The notes beneath the pieces were generated by a model. It worked only from the letters and a program-made list of their open reading frames with translations. It did not search any database and was not told the origin of the DNA. DNA of 64,000 nucleotides, from contig CAWAUN010000010.1 of NCBI GenBank assembly GCA_963785265.1, forward strand, positions 25,524 through 89,523, written 5' to 3'. Below, one piece after another: positions 45,344 to 54,313 of the stretch (positions are counted from its first letter, which is position 1; each line of letters begins with the position of its first letter). A program made the translations under genes and the position numbers. This DNA is from an uncultured Acidobacteriaceae bacterium. Lineage in GTDB: Bacteria; Acidobacteriota; Terriglobia; Terriglobales; Acidobacteriaceae.

Positions 45344-46366
45344 ATGAGAGCGGCCGTCCTGCACGAATTCAAGGCGCCATTATCGCTGGAGGATGTGCCT
45401 CGTCCAGCGATTGCGGCGGACGAAGTCTTGATCGAGGTTGAAGTCTGCGGTGTGTGCCATTCCGATCTGCACGTGGCCGACGGCGATTGGACGCAGTTGG
45501 CCGGCATCGTGAAAAAACCGCTGATCCTCGGACACGAGATCGTAGGACGTGTGGTGGAGCGAGGCGCGGGAGTCGAGAACGTCCAGACGGGGGACCGGGT
45601 CGGCGTGCCGTGGATACATTGGACATGCGGGAAATGCGAGTTTTGCCGCGAAGGCAACGAGAATCTGTGCGTACAGCAGCGCATCACGGGCGTTATGGTG
45701 GACGGAGGATATGCGGAATTTGCCAAAGCTCCCGCCAGCCACGTGGTCAATATTCCCGAACAACTTCCCTCCGAGCAGGCGGCGCCACTACTCTGTGCCG
45801 GGGTCACGGTTCATCGCGCGCTCAAACAAGCCCACATTCGCGCCGGCCAGCGGTTAGCGGTTTTCGGCGTGGGTGGACTCGGACACATCGCCATCCAGAT
45901 TGCCCTGGCAGCGGGAGCGGAAGTCACCGCAATCGATATTTCGGAGGAAAAGCTCGCGCTGGCGACTGCGCTGGGAGCGATTCGAACCCTGAACGCCGCA
46001 ACCGGCAACGTGATAAAAGAATTGCGACGCTCCGGCGGCGCGCATGTTGCGCTGGTCACGTCAGCAGCCAAATCCGCATACGACATGGCGTTCTATTGTG
46101 TGCGGCCGACGGGAACGCTGCTCGTGGTGGGATTGCCCGCCAAGGATATTTCGTTTCCACCGATTCTGATGGCAGCCGGCGAAATTCAAATTAAAGCTTC
46201 CGCGGTGGGCACGCGCGAAGATCTGCGCGAGGTGTTGGCGATGGGTGCAGCCGGGAGTGTCCGTTGCCAGGTGACCACGCGTCCACTCATAGAGGTCCAG
46301 GAGGTTCTGGGGCAACTGAGTCGCGGCGAAGTCTCGGGCCGCATCGCGCTTCGCTTGCGCGGGTAG
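45344..46366 (+). CDS. Zinc-dependent medium-chain alcohol dehydrogenase
   Basis: GVCHSDLH, GHEIVGRV, CGKCEFC structural-zinc loop, GVGGLGH cofactor motif. Confidence 0.9.
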   Translation: MRAAVLHEFKAPLSLEDVPRPAIAADEVLIEVEVCGVCHSDLHVADGDWTQLAGIVKKPLILGHEIVGRVVERGAGVENVQTGDRVGVPWIHWTCGKCEFCREGNENLCVQQRITGVMVDGGYAEFAKAPASHVVNIPEQLPSEQAAPLLCAGVTVHRALKQAHIRAGQRLAVFGVGGLGHIAIQIALAAGAEVTAIDISEEKLALATALGAIRTLNAATGNVIKELRRSGGAHVALVTSAAKSAYDMAFYCVRPTGTLLVVGLPAKDISFPPILMAAGEIQIKASAVGTREDLREVLAMGAAGSVRCQVTTRPLIEVQEVLGQLSRGEVSGRIALRLRG

Positions 46367-46490
46367 TACCCCCACGGGGTCCGCACGGACTAACAGTAGG
46401 TCTCGATGAGTGTATTGAAGTTTGCGACTATAACATGATATGAACTATCACTTTTGCGCAGCCTCGCCCGGCGGAAAGGCCTTTTTCGGA

Positions 46491-47261
46491 GTGAATGTCA
46501 AAAAACTGTTCGATCTAACCGGTCGCGTGGCCATTGTTTCGGGCGGCTCCATGGGACTGGGACGGCAGATGGCGGAGGGCCTGGCGGAGATGGGCGCGAA
46601 TCTTGTGCTTTGCGCCCGCAACCAGAAGCGCTGCCAGGAGGCGGCGGAGGCCTTACGCAGCCATGGCGTTCAGACGCTTGCCTTGGGATGCGATGTCAAA
46701 GACAAAGCGGCAGTTCATCAGGTTGTAGAGGAGACGCTGGCGAAGTTCGGCCGGATCGATATTCTGATCAACAACGCAGGCGTCTCCTGGGGATCTCCCG
46801 TAGAAGACATGACGCTCGAGCAGTGGGACAAAGTTCTCTCCACCAATCTTACCGGCACGTTTCTGTTTTGTCAGGCGGTAGGCAAGACCATGGCTGCGCA
46901 GGCATCGGGCAAGATCATCAACATTGCATCGGTGGCGGGTCTGGGCGGAGCCTCGGCGGAACTACAGGCGATCGGCTACCACGCGAGCAAAGGCGGCGTG
47001 ATCGCGTTCACCAAGGATCTGGCGTGCAAGTGGGCGCCGCACAACATTCAGGTAAATGCGATCGCTCCGGGATGGTTTCCAACGCACATGTCGGGATGGA
47101 TCATCGAGCATCGTAAAGATTCCCTGTTGGCGAAAATTCCGCTGGGCCGCTTCGGGGCCGATCACGATCTGAAAGGCGCGGCGGTGTTTCTGGCATCGGA
47201 AGCTTCCGCATACGTGACAGGGCACGTCCTGGTTGTCGACGGAGGCCAGACGGCCTGGTAG
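46491..47261 (+). CDS. SDR-family oxidoreductase (3-oxoacyl/gluconate-5-dehydrogenase-like)
   Basis: VSGGSMGLG, NNAG, YHASKGG. GTG 46491 preferred; the ORF maximum starts at 46440. Confidence 0.88.
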   Translation: MNVKKLFDLTGRVAIVSGGSMGLGRQMAEGLAEMGANLVLCARNQKRCQEAAEALRSHGVQTLALGCDVKDKAAVHQVVEETLAKFGRIDILINNAGVSWGSPVEDMTLEQWDKVLSTNLTGTFLFCQAVGKTMAAQASGKIINIASVAGLGGASAELQAIGYHASKGGVIAFTKDLACKWAPHNIQVNAIAPGWFPTHMSGWIIEHRKDSLLAKIPLGRFGADHDLKGAAVFLASEASAYVTGHVLVVDGGQTAW

Positions 47262-47275
47262 AGAACGAACTCTTT

Positions 47276-48871
47276 ATGAATATTCCCCTGACGCCGGTGC
47301 GATTTCTTCGGTACTCAATAGAACAATTTCCGCGCAAGACGGCGGTGGTGTGCCAGGATCTGCGGTTTACCTACGCCGAGTTTGGCGATCGTGTGGGGCG
47401 TTTGGCTGGAGCGCTGCGCGCCGCCGGAGTGAAATCTGGTGATCGCGTGGCATTCCTCAGCCTGAACTGCCATCGGCTCCTCGAAGCTTACTTCGGAGTT
47501 CTGGAAGCGGGTTGCGTTCTGCTTCCTCTCAATATTCGCCTGGCCGCGCCCGAACTGGCCTACATTCTGAACGACTCCGGAACGACGGTGCTGTTCCTGG
47601 AACAAGAGTTTGTCGGTCTTGTAGATTCGTTCCGGCGCGACCTGCGCACGGTGCACTCGTTCCATCAACTCGATGGAACGCCGCAAGCGCCATGGCTTTC
47701 CGCTGCAACCTACGAACAGATGCTCGCCTCCGCCACTCCCTACCGCGGAGACCTAATGGAGTTTGACGAGAACTCAGTGGCGGAAATGTTTTACACGAGC
47801 GGAACCAGCGCCAGTCCGAAGGGCGTGATGCTCACACATCGGAACGTGTACCTGCACGCCATGAGCATCGCTTTGTACCACCACACGAAGTATGAGGACG
47901 TGCTAATGCACACGATCCCTTTGTTTCACGCTAACGGCTGGGGAGCGGCTCACACGATCACGTTCATGGGCGGAACTCATGTCATGCTTCCGCGTTTTGT
48001 GCCCGAGGAAGTCTTCCGTCTGGTGGAGCGGGAACGGGTGCGCGCGCTAACCCTGGTGCCGATTATGGCCACTGTGCTGGTGAACTCGCCGGCGCGCTCC
48101 AAATACGACTTGAGCAGCGTGCAGTGGTGCGTAATTGGGGGCGCGGCTTCTTCCCCGGCCTTGATCCGTGACGTCGAGCAGACGTTGGGATTTAAATGCT
48201 ATTCGGGGTACGGGCTCACGGAAACTGCGCCGTCACTGGCGAACGCCGAACTGAAACCGGATATGCAATGCACCGATGAAGAGCGTTACGCGCTGCAGTC
48301 CATGACGGGCTATGCGTTTCCAGGATGTGAACTGCGGGTGGTCGACGCCACAGACAACGACGTGCCTCGCGACGGTGCAACGATGGGAGAAATCATTGCC
48401 CGGAGTGACGGCGTGATGGCCGGTTACTGGCAACAGCCGGAAGCCACGGCCGAGGCTATGCGAGGCGGATGGTTTCACACAGGAGACATGGCAGTCATCG
48501 AGGAGAACGGATACATCCGGATCGTGGATCGCAAGAAAGACATCATCGTGAGCGGTGGGGAAAACATTTCGTCACTCGACGTTGAAAAAGTGCTCTTGGC
48601 GCATCCCGATGTTTATGAAGCCGCGGTGATCCCAGTGGTCGACAAGAAATGGGGTGAGGTGCCGAAAGCGGTGGTGGTGGTGAAGCCGGGATCGAAGCTG
48701 GGTGAAGTGGAATTGATTGAGTTCTGCCGCGCCCGCCTGGCTCACTACAAGTGTCCGCAATCGATTGAGTTCTGCGAGAGCTTGCCCAAGACTGCGACGG
48801 GCAAAGTTTTGAAAAGAGAACTACGCAAGAAGGATGCGGGTGGGTCGGTAACGCTGCGTTCGGGTGCTTGA
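47276..48871 (+). CDS. Acyl-CoA synthetase / AMP-dependent ligase
   Basis: AMP-binding motif YTSGTSASPKG, YGLTE, GWFHTGD, and C-terminal ..LPKTATGKVLKRELR. Confidence 0.9.
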   Translation: MNIPLTPVRFLRYSIEQFPRKTAVVCQDLRFTYAEFGDRVGRLAGALRAAGVKSGDRVAFLSLNCHRLLEAYFGVLEAGCVLLPLNIRLAAPELAYILNDSGTTVLFLEQEFVGLVDSFRRDLRTVHSFHQLDGTPQAPWLSAATYEQMLASATPYRGDLMEFDENSVAEMFYTSGTSASPKGVMLTHRNVYLHAMSIALYHHTKYEDVLMHTIPLFHANGWGAAHTITFMGGTHVMLPRFVPEEVFRLVERERVRALTLVPIMATVLVNSPARSKYDLSSVQWCVIGGAASSPALIRDVEQTLGFKCYSGYGLTETAPSLANAELKPDMQCTDEERYALQSMTGYAFPGCELRVVDATDNDVPRDGATMGEIIARSDGVMAGYWQQPEATAEAMRGGWFHTGDMAVIEENGYIRIVDRKKDIIVSGGENISSLDVEKVLLAHPDVYEAAVIPVVDKKWGEVPKAVVVVKPGSKLGEVELIEFCRARLAHYKCPQSIEFCESLPKTATGKVLKRELRKKDAGGSVTLRSGA

Positions 48872-48974
48872 GCGAACAGTGATGAGCCGAACCATGCGGA
48901 TTTAGCGAGTTTTGCGGGAGCGCACGAATGAGCAACCTGGCGGCCGCGCAGGGTCTGGAACTGTTGGGGACACC

Positions 48975-49712
48975 ATGAGCCACATTACTCTGGTACGCCA
49001 TGGGCAAGCATCTTTTCTGGAGCGTGACTATGACAAACTCTGCGCCAACGGCGAGGCCCAATCCAGGTTGCTGGGGGAGCATTGGGCGCGGCGCGGCGTG
49101 GTGCTTAGCGGAGTCTACTCGGGACCGCGTGTCCGGCAACTGGAGACCTCCCGCATCGTGGCCGAAGCCTATCGCCGCGCCGGTATTGATTTCCCAGAGA
49201 CGGTGGTTATGAGCGAATTCGACGAATATCAAGCCGAGGCGGTGCTGCGGGAATGCCTTCCGCAACTGCTGCAGGGCAATGGCGGGATCAGGGAATTGCA
49301 CCGCGCGTATGAGGAGTCGAGCGAGGTCGCGGGCGCTGCGCAAAGCGTTGCCCGGCGCACGACGTTTCAGAGGCTGTTTGAGGCGGTGATTGGCAAGTGG
49401 GTGGCAGGGGAAGTTACTGCGGACGGCATTGAATCCTGGCACAAGTTCTGTTCACGGGTGGAGCGGGGGCTCGCGCAAGTTGTGCGCGACACGCCTCCGG
49501 CAGCGAGTGCGGTGGTCTTCACATCGGCGGGGCCGATTGGCGCGGCAATGCGCCGGGTTTTGCATTTGTCGGCCGAGGACACTCTGCAACTGACCTGGAT
49601 GTCGCGCAACGCTTCGTTCAGCAGTTTTCTGGCTTCAGGCGAACGATTCACGTTGAGCACTTTCAATGCGCACCCACACCTCGACGGTGACGGGTTGCTG
49701 ACGTATCGATAG
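48975..49712 (+). CDS. Histidine phosphatase (phosphoglycerate-mutase-like) family protein
   Basis: ATG 48975. ITLVRHGQASF is the RHG catalytic motif. Confidence 0.8.
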   Translation: MSHITLVRHGQASFLERDYDKLCANGEAQSRLLGEHWARRGVVLSGVYSGPRVRQLETSRIVAEAYRRAGIDFPETVVMSEFDEYQAEAVLRECLPQLLQGNGGIRELHRAYEESSEVAGAAQSVARRTTFQRLFEAVIGKWVAGEVTADGIESWHKFCSRVERGLAQVVRDTPPAASAVVFTSAGPIGAAMRRVLHLSAEDTLQLTWMSRNASFSSFLASGERFTLSTFNAHPHLDGDGLLTYR

Positions 49713-49725
49713 CGGAGCTGCGAAT

Positions 49726-50790
49726 ATGGTGGCGCTTTGCGATCAAGCCGGAACGGTGAGAGCGGGCGAGGAACTCGATCTCGCGCGGCTCCGGCCGTTT
49801 CTGCAGCGGCATTTCGGCGACAGCGGAGCGCTTTCGGTCGAACAATTTCCTAGCGGCCACTCTAATCTGACGTATCTGGTGCGACTGGGTGCCAGAGAAT
49901 TCGTGTTGCGGCGTCCGCCTTTTGGCAGCAAGGTTCGGTCCGCGCATGACATGTCGCGTGAGTATCGCGTACTGTCGAAGTTACACGCCGCCTATCCCCT
50001 CGCGCCGAAGGCGCTTCTCTTTTGCGACGACCTGTCGATTCTCGATGCGCCTTTCTACCTGATGGAGCCGATTCGCGGAATGATCTTGCGTCGCGATCCT
50101 CCGTTGGGCATGCCTTTTCCAGCGGAGACGGCGCGGCGATTGAGTGAAGCCTTTCTCGATAATCTCGCACGCCTGCACGGCCTCGATTACGCCGCCGTTG
50201 GCTTAGGTGATCTGGGTAAACCGCAAGGTTATCTCGAACGCCAAGTCAAGGGATGGATCGAGCGCTATCACAACTCGAAAACGCACGACCTGCCTGAAGT
50301 GGAACGCATTTCAATATGGCTTACGCAACGAATGCCCGGCAGCCAGGAAACTGCGCTGATCCACAACGACTACAAGTACGACAATATCGTGCTCGATCCC
50401 AGCGATCCGACAAAGATCGTTGGCGTTCTGGATTGGGAGATGTGCACGCTGGGAGACCCACTGACGGACCTGGGAACGGCGCTCGCGTACTGGGCCGATC
50501 CGGAGGATCCGGAAGACTTCAAGGAAATTCGCAGCGCGCCCACTACACTACCGGGCACGCTGACGCGGGGGCAGTTGGTAGAGCGCTATGCGACCGCGAC
50601 CGGCCGCGATCCTGTCAACATGGTGTTCTATCTGACGTTCGCTCGCTTCAAGGTTGCCGTCATCATCCAGCAGATTTATTTCCGGTACGCGCAAGGTTTA
50701 ACGCAGGACGCACGCTTCGCGGCACTGCCGACGAGGATCCACAGTTTGCTGCGCGCTTCATGGGGTTGCGCGCGGAGCGGAACGATATGA
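49726..50790 (+). CDS. APH-fold phosphotransferase (LvaA / ACAD10-11 kinase-domain-like)
   Basis: Catalytic loop LIHNDYKYDNIVL, then VLDWEMCTLGDP. 13 nt after the phosphatase gene. Confidence 0.85.
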   Translation: MVALCDQAGTVRAGEELDLARLRPFLQRHFGDSGALSVEQFPSGHSNLTYLVRLGAREFVLRRPPFGSKVRSAHDMSREYRVLSKLHAAYPLAPKALLFCDDLSILDAPFYLMEPIRGMILRRDPPLGMPFPAETARRLSEAFLDNLARLHGLDYAAVGLGDLGKPQGYLERQVKGWIERYHNSKTHDLPEVERISIWLTQRMPGSQETALIHNDYKYDNIVLDPSDPTKIVGVLDWEMCTLGDPLTDLGTALAYWADPEDPEDFKEIRSAPTTLPGTLTRGQLVERYATATGRDPVNMVFYLTFARFKVAVIIQQIYFRYAQGLTQDARFAALPTRIHSLLRASWGCARSGTI

Positions 50791-51059
50791 GTGAGCATTG
50801 TCTGCAAGCCCGGCCGCAAGCCTCACTGCGGATAGCAGCGGATCAGCCACTGGGCAACGCAACAGAGTTTGCTCGAAGACTCAGTCTCGACATGGACGTG
50901 GAACGTGGCATCCACAAATTCGGGAGACTGTTTCGCCGAAGCCAGGGTGACTCGACCGCGAACCTTCGAACCGGCGGTCGCGGGGAATTCGCGACCTTCC
51001 GACTCTTTCAAAGAATTCAGATTCTCAATCTCAAAAGGTGGCATAGGAGTTTTCCATGA
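50787..51059 (+). CDS. Candidate small ORF (90 codons), ATGA-coupled at both ends
   Basis: ATG 50787 overlaps the kinase stop (aTATGA), and its TGA (51057-51059) overlaps the ACAD start codon (cATGAc). The ORF track shows it only as the tail of the 247-aa alternative-frame ORF 50316..51059. No recognisable motif; Arg-rich. Confidence 0.4.
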   Translation: MSEHCLQARPQASLRIAADQPLGNATEFARRLSLDMDVERGIHKFGRLFRRSQGDSTANLRTGGRGEFATFRLFQRIQILNLKRWHRSFP

Positions 51060-52822
51060 CGACATTAGCAGACATTTCGCGCAAAGCGGCAAAGGGAACC
51101 GGATTTCTGATCAATGACTCGGAACCCCAGGACATTTTCACGCCGGAGGATCTGACGGAGGAGCATCTTGCCATCGGCCACATGGTGGATGAATTCTGGA
51201 CTAATGAAGTAGAGCCGAATTTGCCGGCGATCCGGGCAAAGGAACCGGGGCTAGCCCTGCGTGTGTTACGCAAATCGGTGGATCTGGGCCTGACCGCGAT
51301 GACGATCCCGGAGGAGTACGGCGGCATGGCCATGGATCTGCCGTCGCTGATGGTGACCTCCGAGCGTTTGGGCCGCGACGGTTCTTACGGGGGCTGGCAC
51401 TCGGCGCATACCGGCATCGGCACACTGCCGCTTGTCTATTTTGGAAATGATCAGCAAAAAAGAAAATATCTGCCCAAGCTGGCGAAAGTTGAGATGCTGG
51501 CCGCCTACGCGCTCACCGAGCCTCTGGCGGGATCGGATGCGCTGGCGGCGCGAACGCGCGCTGATCTCGCGCCCGATGGAAAACACTACATGTTGAACGG
51601 ACAGAAAATGTGGATCACCAACGGCGGCGCGGCCGATCTGTTCACGGTGTTTGCCAAAGTTGGAGGAGAAAAGTTCACTGCATTTCTGGTCGAACGAAAT
51701 TTTCCCGGTGTGAGCAGCGGGGCGGAAGAACACAAGATGGGAATTACAGGAAGCTCCACCACCGCCGTGTATCTCGACAACGTACCGGTGCCAGTGGAAA
51801 ACGTGTTGGGCGAAATCGGGCGCGGGCACGTGATCGCATTCAACATCCTGAACATCGGACGGTTGAAACTGGGTCCGGCCAGCGTCGGGGCAGCGAAAAA
51901 CGTACTTGCAATTTGCCTGAAGTATGCCAAGCAGCGTAAGGCATTCGGCTCGGCGATTGCCGAGTTCGGCGCGATTCAACACAAGCTGGCGGAAATGGCA
52001 ATCCGCATTTTCGCGGCGGAGTCGATGACCTGGCGCGTGGTCGGACTGATTGAGAATCAAATGCACGACGCGGGTTCGTCTTCGGCTGATAGTTCCCAAG
52101 AGCTGAAGGCTATTGAGGAGTTTGCCGCCGAGTGCTCGATGGTCAAGGTCTACGCTTCAGAAATGCTGGACTATGTGGTCGATGAAGGAGTTCAGATTCA
52201 CGGAGGCTATGGATATCACCAGGACTATACGGTTGAACGCGCCTATCGCGATTCACGCATAAACCGGCTATTTGAGGGGACCAGCGAAATTAACCGGCTG
52301 GTAATCACCGGCATGCCGTTGAAGCGTGCGGCCCGCGGACTTCTGCCTCTGTTCGAAGCCGCCCGCGCTGTGCTGCAGGAGACGGGCGAGTCCACGTCCA
52401 AGTCGACGGACGCGGAGCTCAGCCTCGTCCAGAACGCGAAAAAGATCGTGCTGCTGACGCTGGGCGTGGCGCACAAGAAATATGGCGCGCAACTGGAACA
52501 GCAGCAGGAGATCATCATGAATCTGTCAGACATCATGATGGAAGTGTTTGCCATGGAGTCGGGCCTGCTGCGCAGCCGCAAACTGGCGGCGGGCGGTGGT
52601 GGAGCGAACGCTGCGGATGCCTGCGCCGTGTACTTGCGCGATGCCATCGCGCGCGTCGAACTCTGGTCGAGAACCGTGCTGAGCGCCTGTGCTCAAGGCG
52701 ACGAGCTGCGGCGGAATCTTTCTCGTCTGCGCGGGTATGCGAGTCACGATCCGGTCAACACAATCGCGCTACGGCGCCGGATTGCGGTGCGCTTGCTGGC
52801 GAACGAGCGGTATACGATCTGA
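51056..52822 (+). CDS. Long-form acyl-CoA dehydrogenase (FadE/YusJ-like, ~590 aa)
   Basis: AGGAG lies 6 nt upstream of the start. ALTEPLAGSDA, canonical catalytic-Glu motif RLFEGTSEINR, ~200-aa C-terminal helical extension. Confidence 0.9.
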   Translation: MTTLADISRKAAKGTGFLINDSEPQDIFTPEDLTEEHLAIGHMVDEFWTNEVEPNLPAIRAKEPGLALRVLRKSVDLGLTAMTIPEEYGGMAMDLPSLMVTSERLGRDGSYGGWHSAHTGIGTLPLVYFGNDQQKRKYLPKLAKVEMLAAYALTEPLAGSDALAARTRADLAPDGKHYMLNGQKMWITNGGAADLFTVFAKVGGEKFTAFLVERNFPGVSSGAEEHKMGITGSSTTAVYLDNVPVPVENVLGEIGRGHVIAFNILNIGRLKLGPASVGAAKNVLAICLKYAKQRKAFGSAIAEFGAIQHKLAEMAIRIFAAESMTWRVVGLIENQMHDAGSSSADSSQELKAIEEFAAECSMVKVYASEMLDYVVDEGVQIHGGYGYHQDYTVERAYRDSRINRLFEGTSEINRLVITGMPLKRAARGLLPLFEAARAVLQETGESTSKSTDAELSLVQNAKKIVLLTLGVAHKKYGAQLEQQQEIIMNLSDIMMEVFAMESGLLRSRKLAAGGGGANAADACAVYLRDAIARVELWSRTVLSACAQGDELRRNLSRLRGYASHDPVNTIALRRRIAVRLLANERYTI

Positions 52823-52853
52823 CTCACGGGATCGGCAACGTAAGGGAGGCACC

Positions 52854-53858
52854 ATGGCAATCACCAATCACAAGTTTCTTCTGGCGGCGCGGCCGGTAGG
52901 AATGCCGAAAAATACCGACTGGACCTACGTCGAGGAACCAGTTGCGGAACCGAAGGACGGCGAACTGCTGGTTCACTTGTCGTACATTTCGCTCGATCCG
53001 GCGATGCGCATGTGGATTAACGATGTGCGCTCGTACATGCCGCCGGTGGGCATTGGAGAAGTGATGCGGGCTCTTGGTGTGGGAATCGTTACCGCGTCAC
53101 GCAATCCACACTTCGAGGTGGGCGATCACGTCTCCGGAGTGTTCGGCGTGCAGGAGTACGCGATTACCGATGGGCGGGGAGTGAGAAAGATCGACCCGAG
53201 AATTGCTCCCCTGCCCACATATCTCAGTGTGCTAGGCATGACGGGGATGACCGCTTATTTCGGGCTCCTCGACACGGGGCAACCGAAAGCGGGCGAGACG
53301 GTGGTGGTCTCGGCGGCCGCGGGAGCCGTGGGCTCCGTGGTGGGGCAGATCGCAAAAATCAAGGGCTGCAGAGTTGTCGGCATCGCAGGAGGCGCCGGGA
53401 AGTGCCGCTACGTTGTGCAGGAACTGGGTTTCGACGCAGCCGTTGACTACAAATCTGAAGACGTGAGCCGGTCTCTGCGGAAACACTGCCCGGAAGGCAT
53501 TGACGTCTACTTTGACAACGTGGGTGGCGCGATTCTCGATGCGGCGCTGGCGCAACTCCGAATGCACGCCCGGATTGTGATCTGCGGCGCGATTTCCCAA
53601 TACAACAATACCGGGCCGATCGTGGGACCCAGCAACTACCTGTCGCTGCTATCGAACCGCGCCACCATGAAAGGCATGCTGGTGCTGGACTACGCCGATC
53701 GTTACCCGCAAGCCGGAGCGGAAATGGCGGGATGGATGGCAGCGCGCAAGCTCAAGTCGCGCGAAGATATCGTCGAAGGATTCGCAACCTTTCCTGAAAC
53801 TCTACTCAAGCTTTTCAAGAGCGAGAACACGGGGAAACTGATACTGAAAGTGAAGTAG
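52854..53858 (+). CDS. NADP-dependent medium-chain enone/alkenal reductase (YncB/CurA/PTGR1-like)
   Basis: GGGAGG lies 5 nt before ATG 52854. AAAGAVGSVVGQIAK cofactor motif. The ORF maximum at 52689 overlaps the upstream gene. Confidence 0.88.
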   Translation: MAITNHKFLLAARPVGMPKNTDWTYVEEPVAEPKDGELLVHLSYISLDPAMRMWINDVRSYMPPVGIGEVMRALGVGIVTASRNPHFEVGDHVSGVFGVQEYAITDGRGVRKIDPRIAPLPTYLSVLGMTGMTAYFGLLDTGQPKAGETVVVSAAAGAVGSVVGQIAKIKGCRVVGIAGGAGKCRYVVQELGFDAAVDYKSEDVSRSLRKHCPEGIDVYFDNVGGAILDAALAQLRMHARIVICGAISQYNNTGPIVGPSNYLSLLSNRATMKGMLVLDYADRYPQAGAEMAGWMAARKLKSREDIVEGFATFPETLLKLFKSENTGKLILKVK

Positions 53859-54070
53859 AACTCTGGCAGAGATGCAGTCGGCACGTCTTCGCGGTGGAAA
53901 GTCGGATGCGTCGGTAAGAGGCAATCGTTAAAAGGCATGATTTTCTTTCCTCCGATTCTCGGGGGAGAATCCAGTTAGGAAACAGGGGAGCGTCATCGAA
54001 CTGGCGCGGCCACGCGCATCGTTAGCATTCCCAGCCGACATTCGCGGCAAGCATACATCATCATCAAAAT

Positions 54071-54087
54071 AATTCATTTGATGAATT
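54071..54087. promoter_or_regulatory. Perfect AT-rich palindrome AATTCAT-ttg-ATGAATT upstream of the TonB-dependent receptor
   Basis: aattcatttgatgaatt, about 230-270 nt upstream of the receptor start. Loosely Fur-box-like composition (ATAAT/TCAT hexamers). Confidence 0.3.
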
Positions 54088-54313
54088 GGGAGAACGCGGA
54101 TACGCTCGCGCCCATTAAGAAGAAGCGGCGCTCTGGAACCAGCGTGCGGGGGAAGTGGTTCGATCTTATTCGGCAGATCTGAAAATCAGAGGAAAGTTTA
54201 CGCGGAGAGAATTCCGACCGGAAAAGCGATGGTGCGGAAGAGAACGGCTTGCGGCTGGCAGGCGAGCGGAGACTTCTTGTGGTTCTGACAGGCAAGTTTG
54301 AGGTGGGGGGAAT

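Noticed and set aside
50316-51059. 247-aa + strand ORF in the ORF track.
   Set aside because: Its first ~157 codons are an alternative frame of the well-supported APH-fold kinase gene. Only the last 90 codons, from ATG 50787, are considered a candidate gene.
53940-54313. Possible cobalamin or other riboswitch in the long leader of the TonB-dependent receptor. The segments gggggaagtggttcgatc and ggaagagaacggc looked superficially B12-like.
   Set aside because: No B12 box (GCCACTG-type core) and no convincing conserved helices. An Rfam scan would be needed for a definitive answer.
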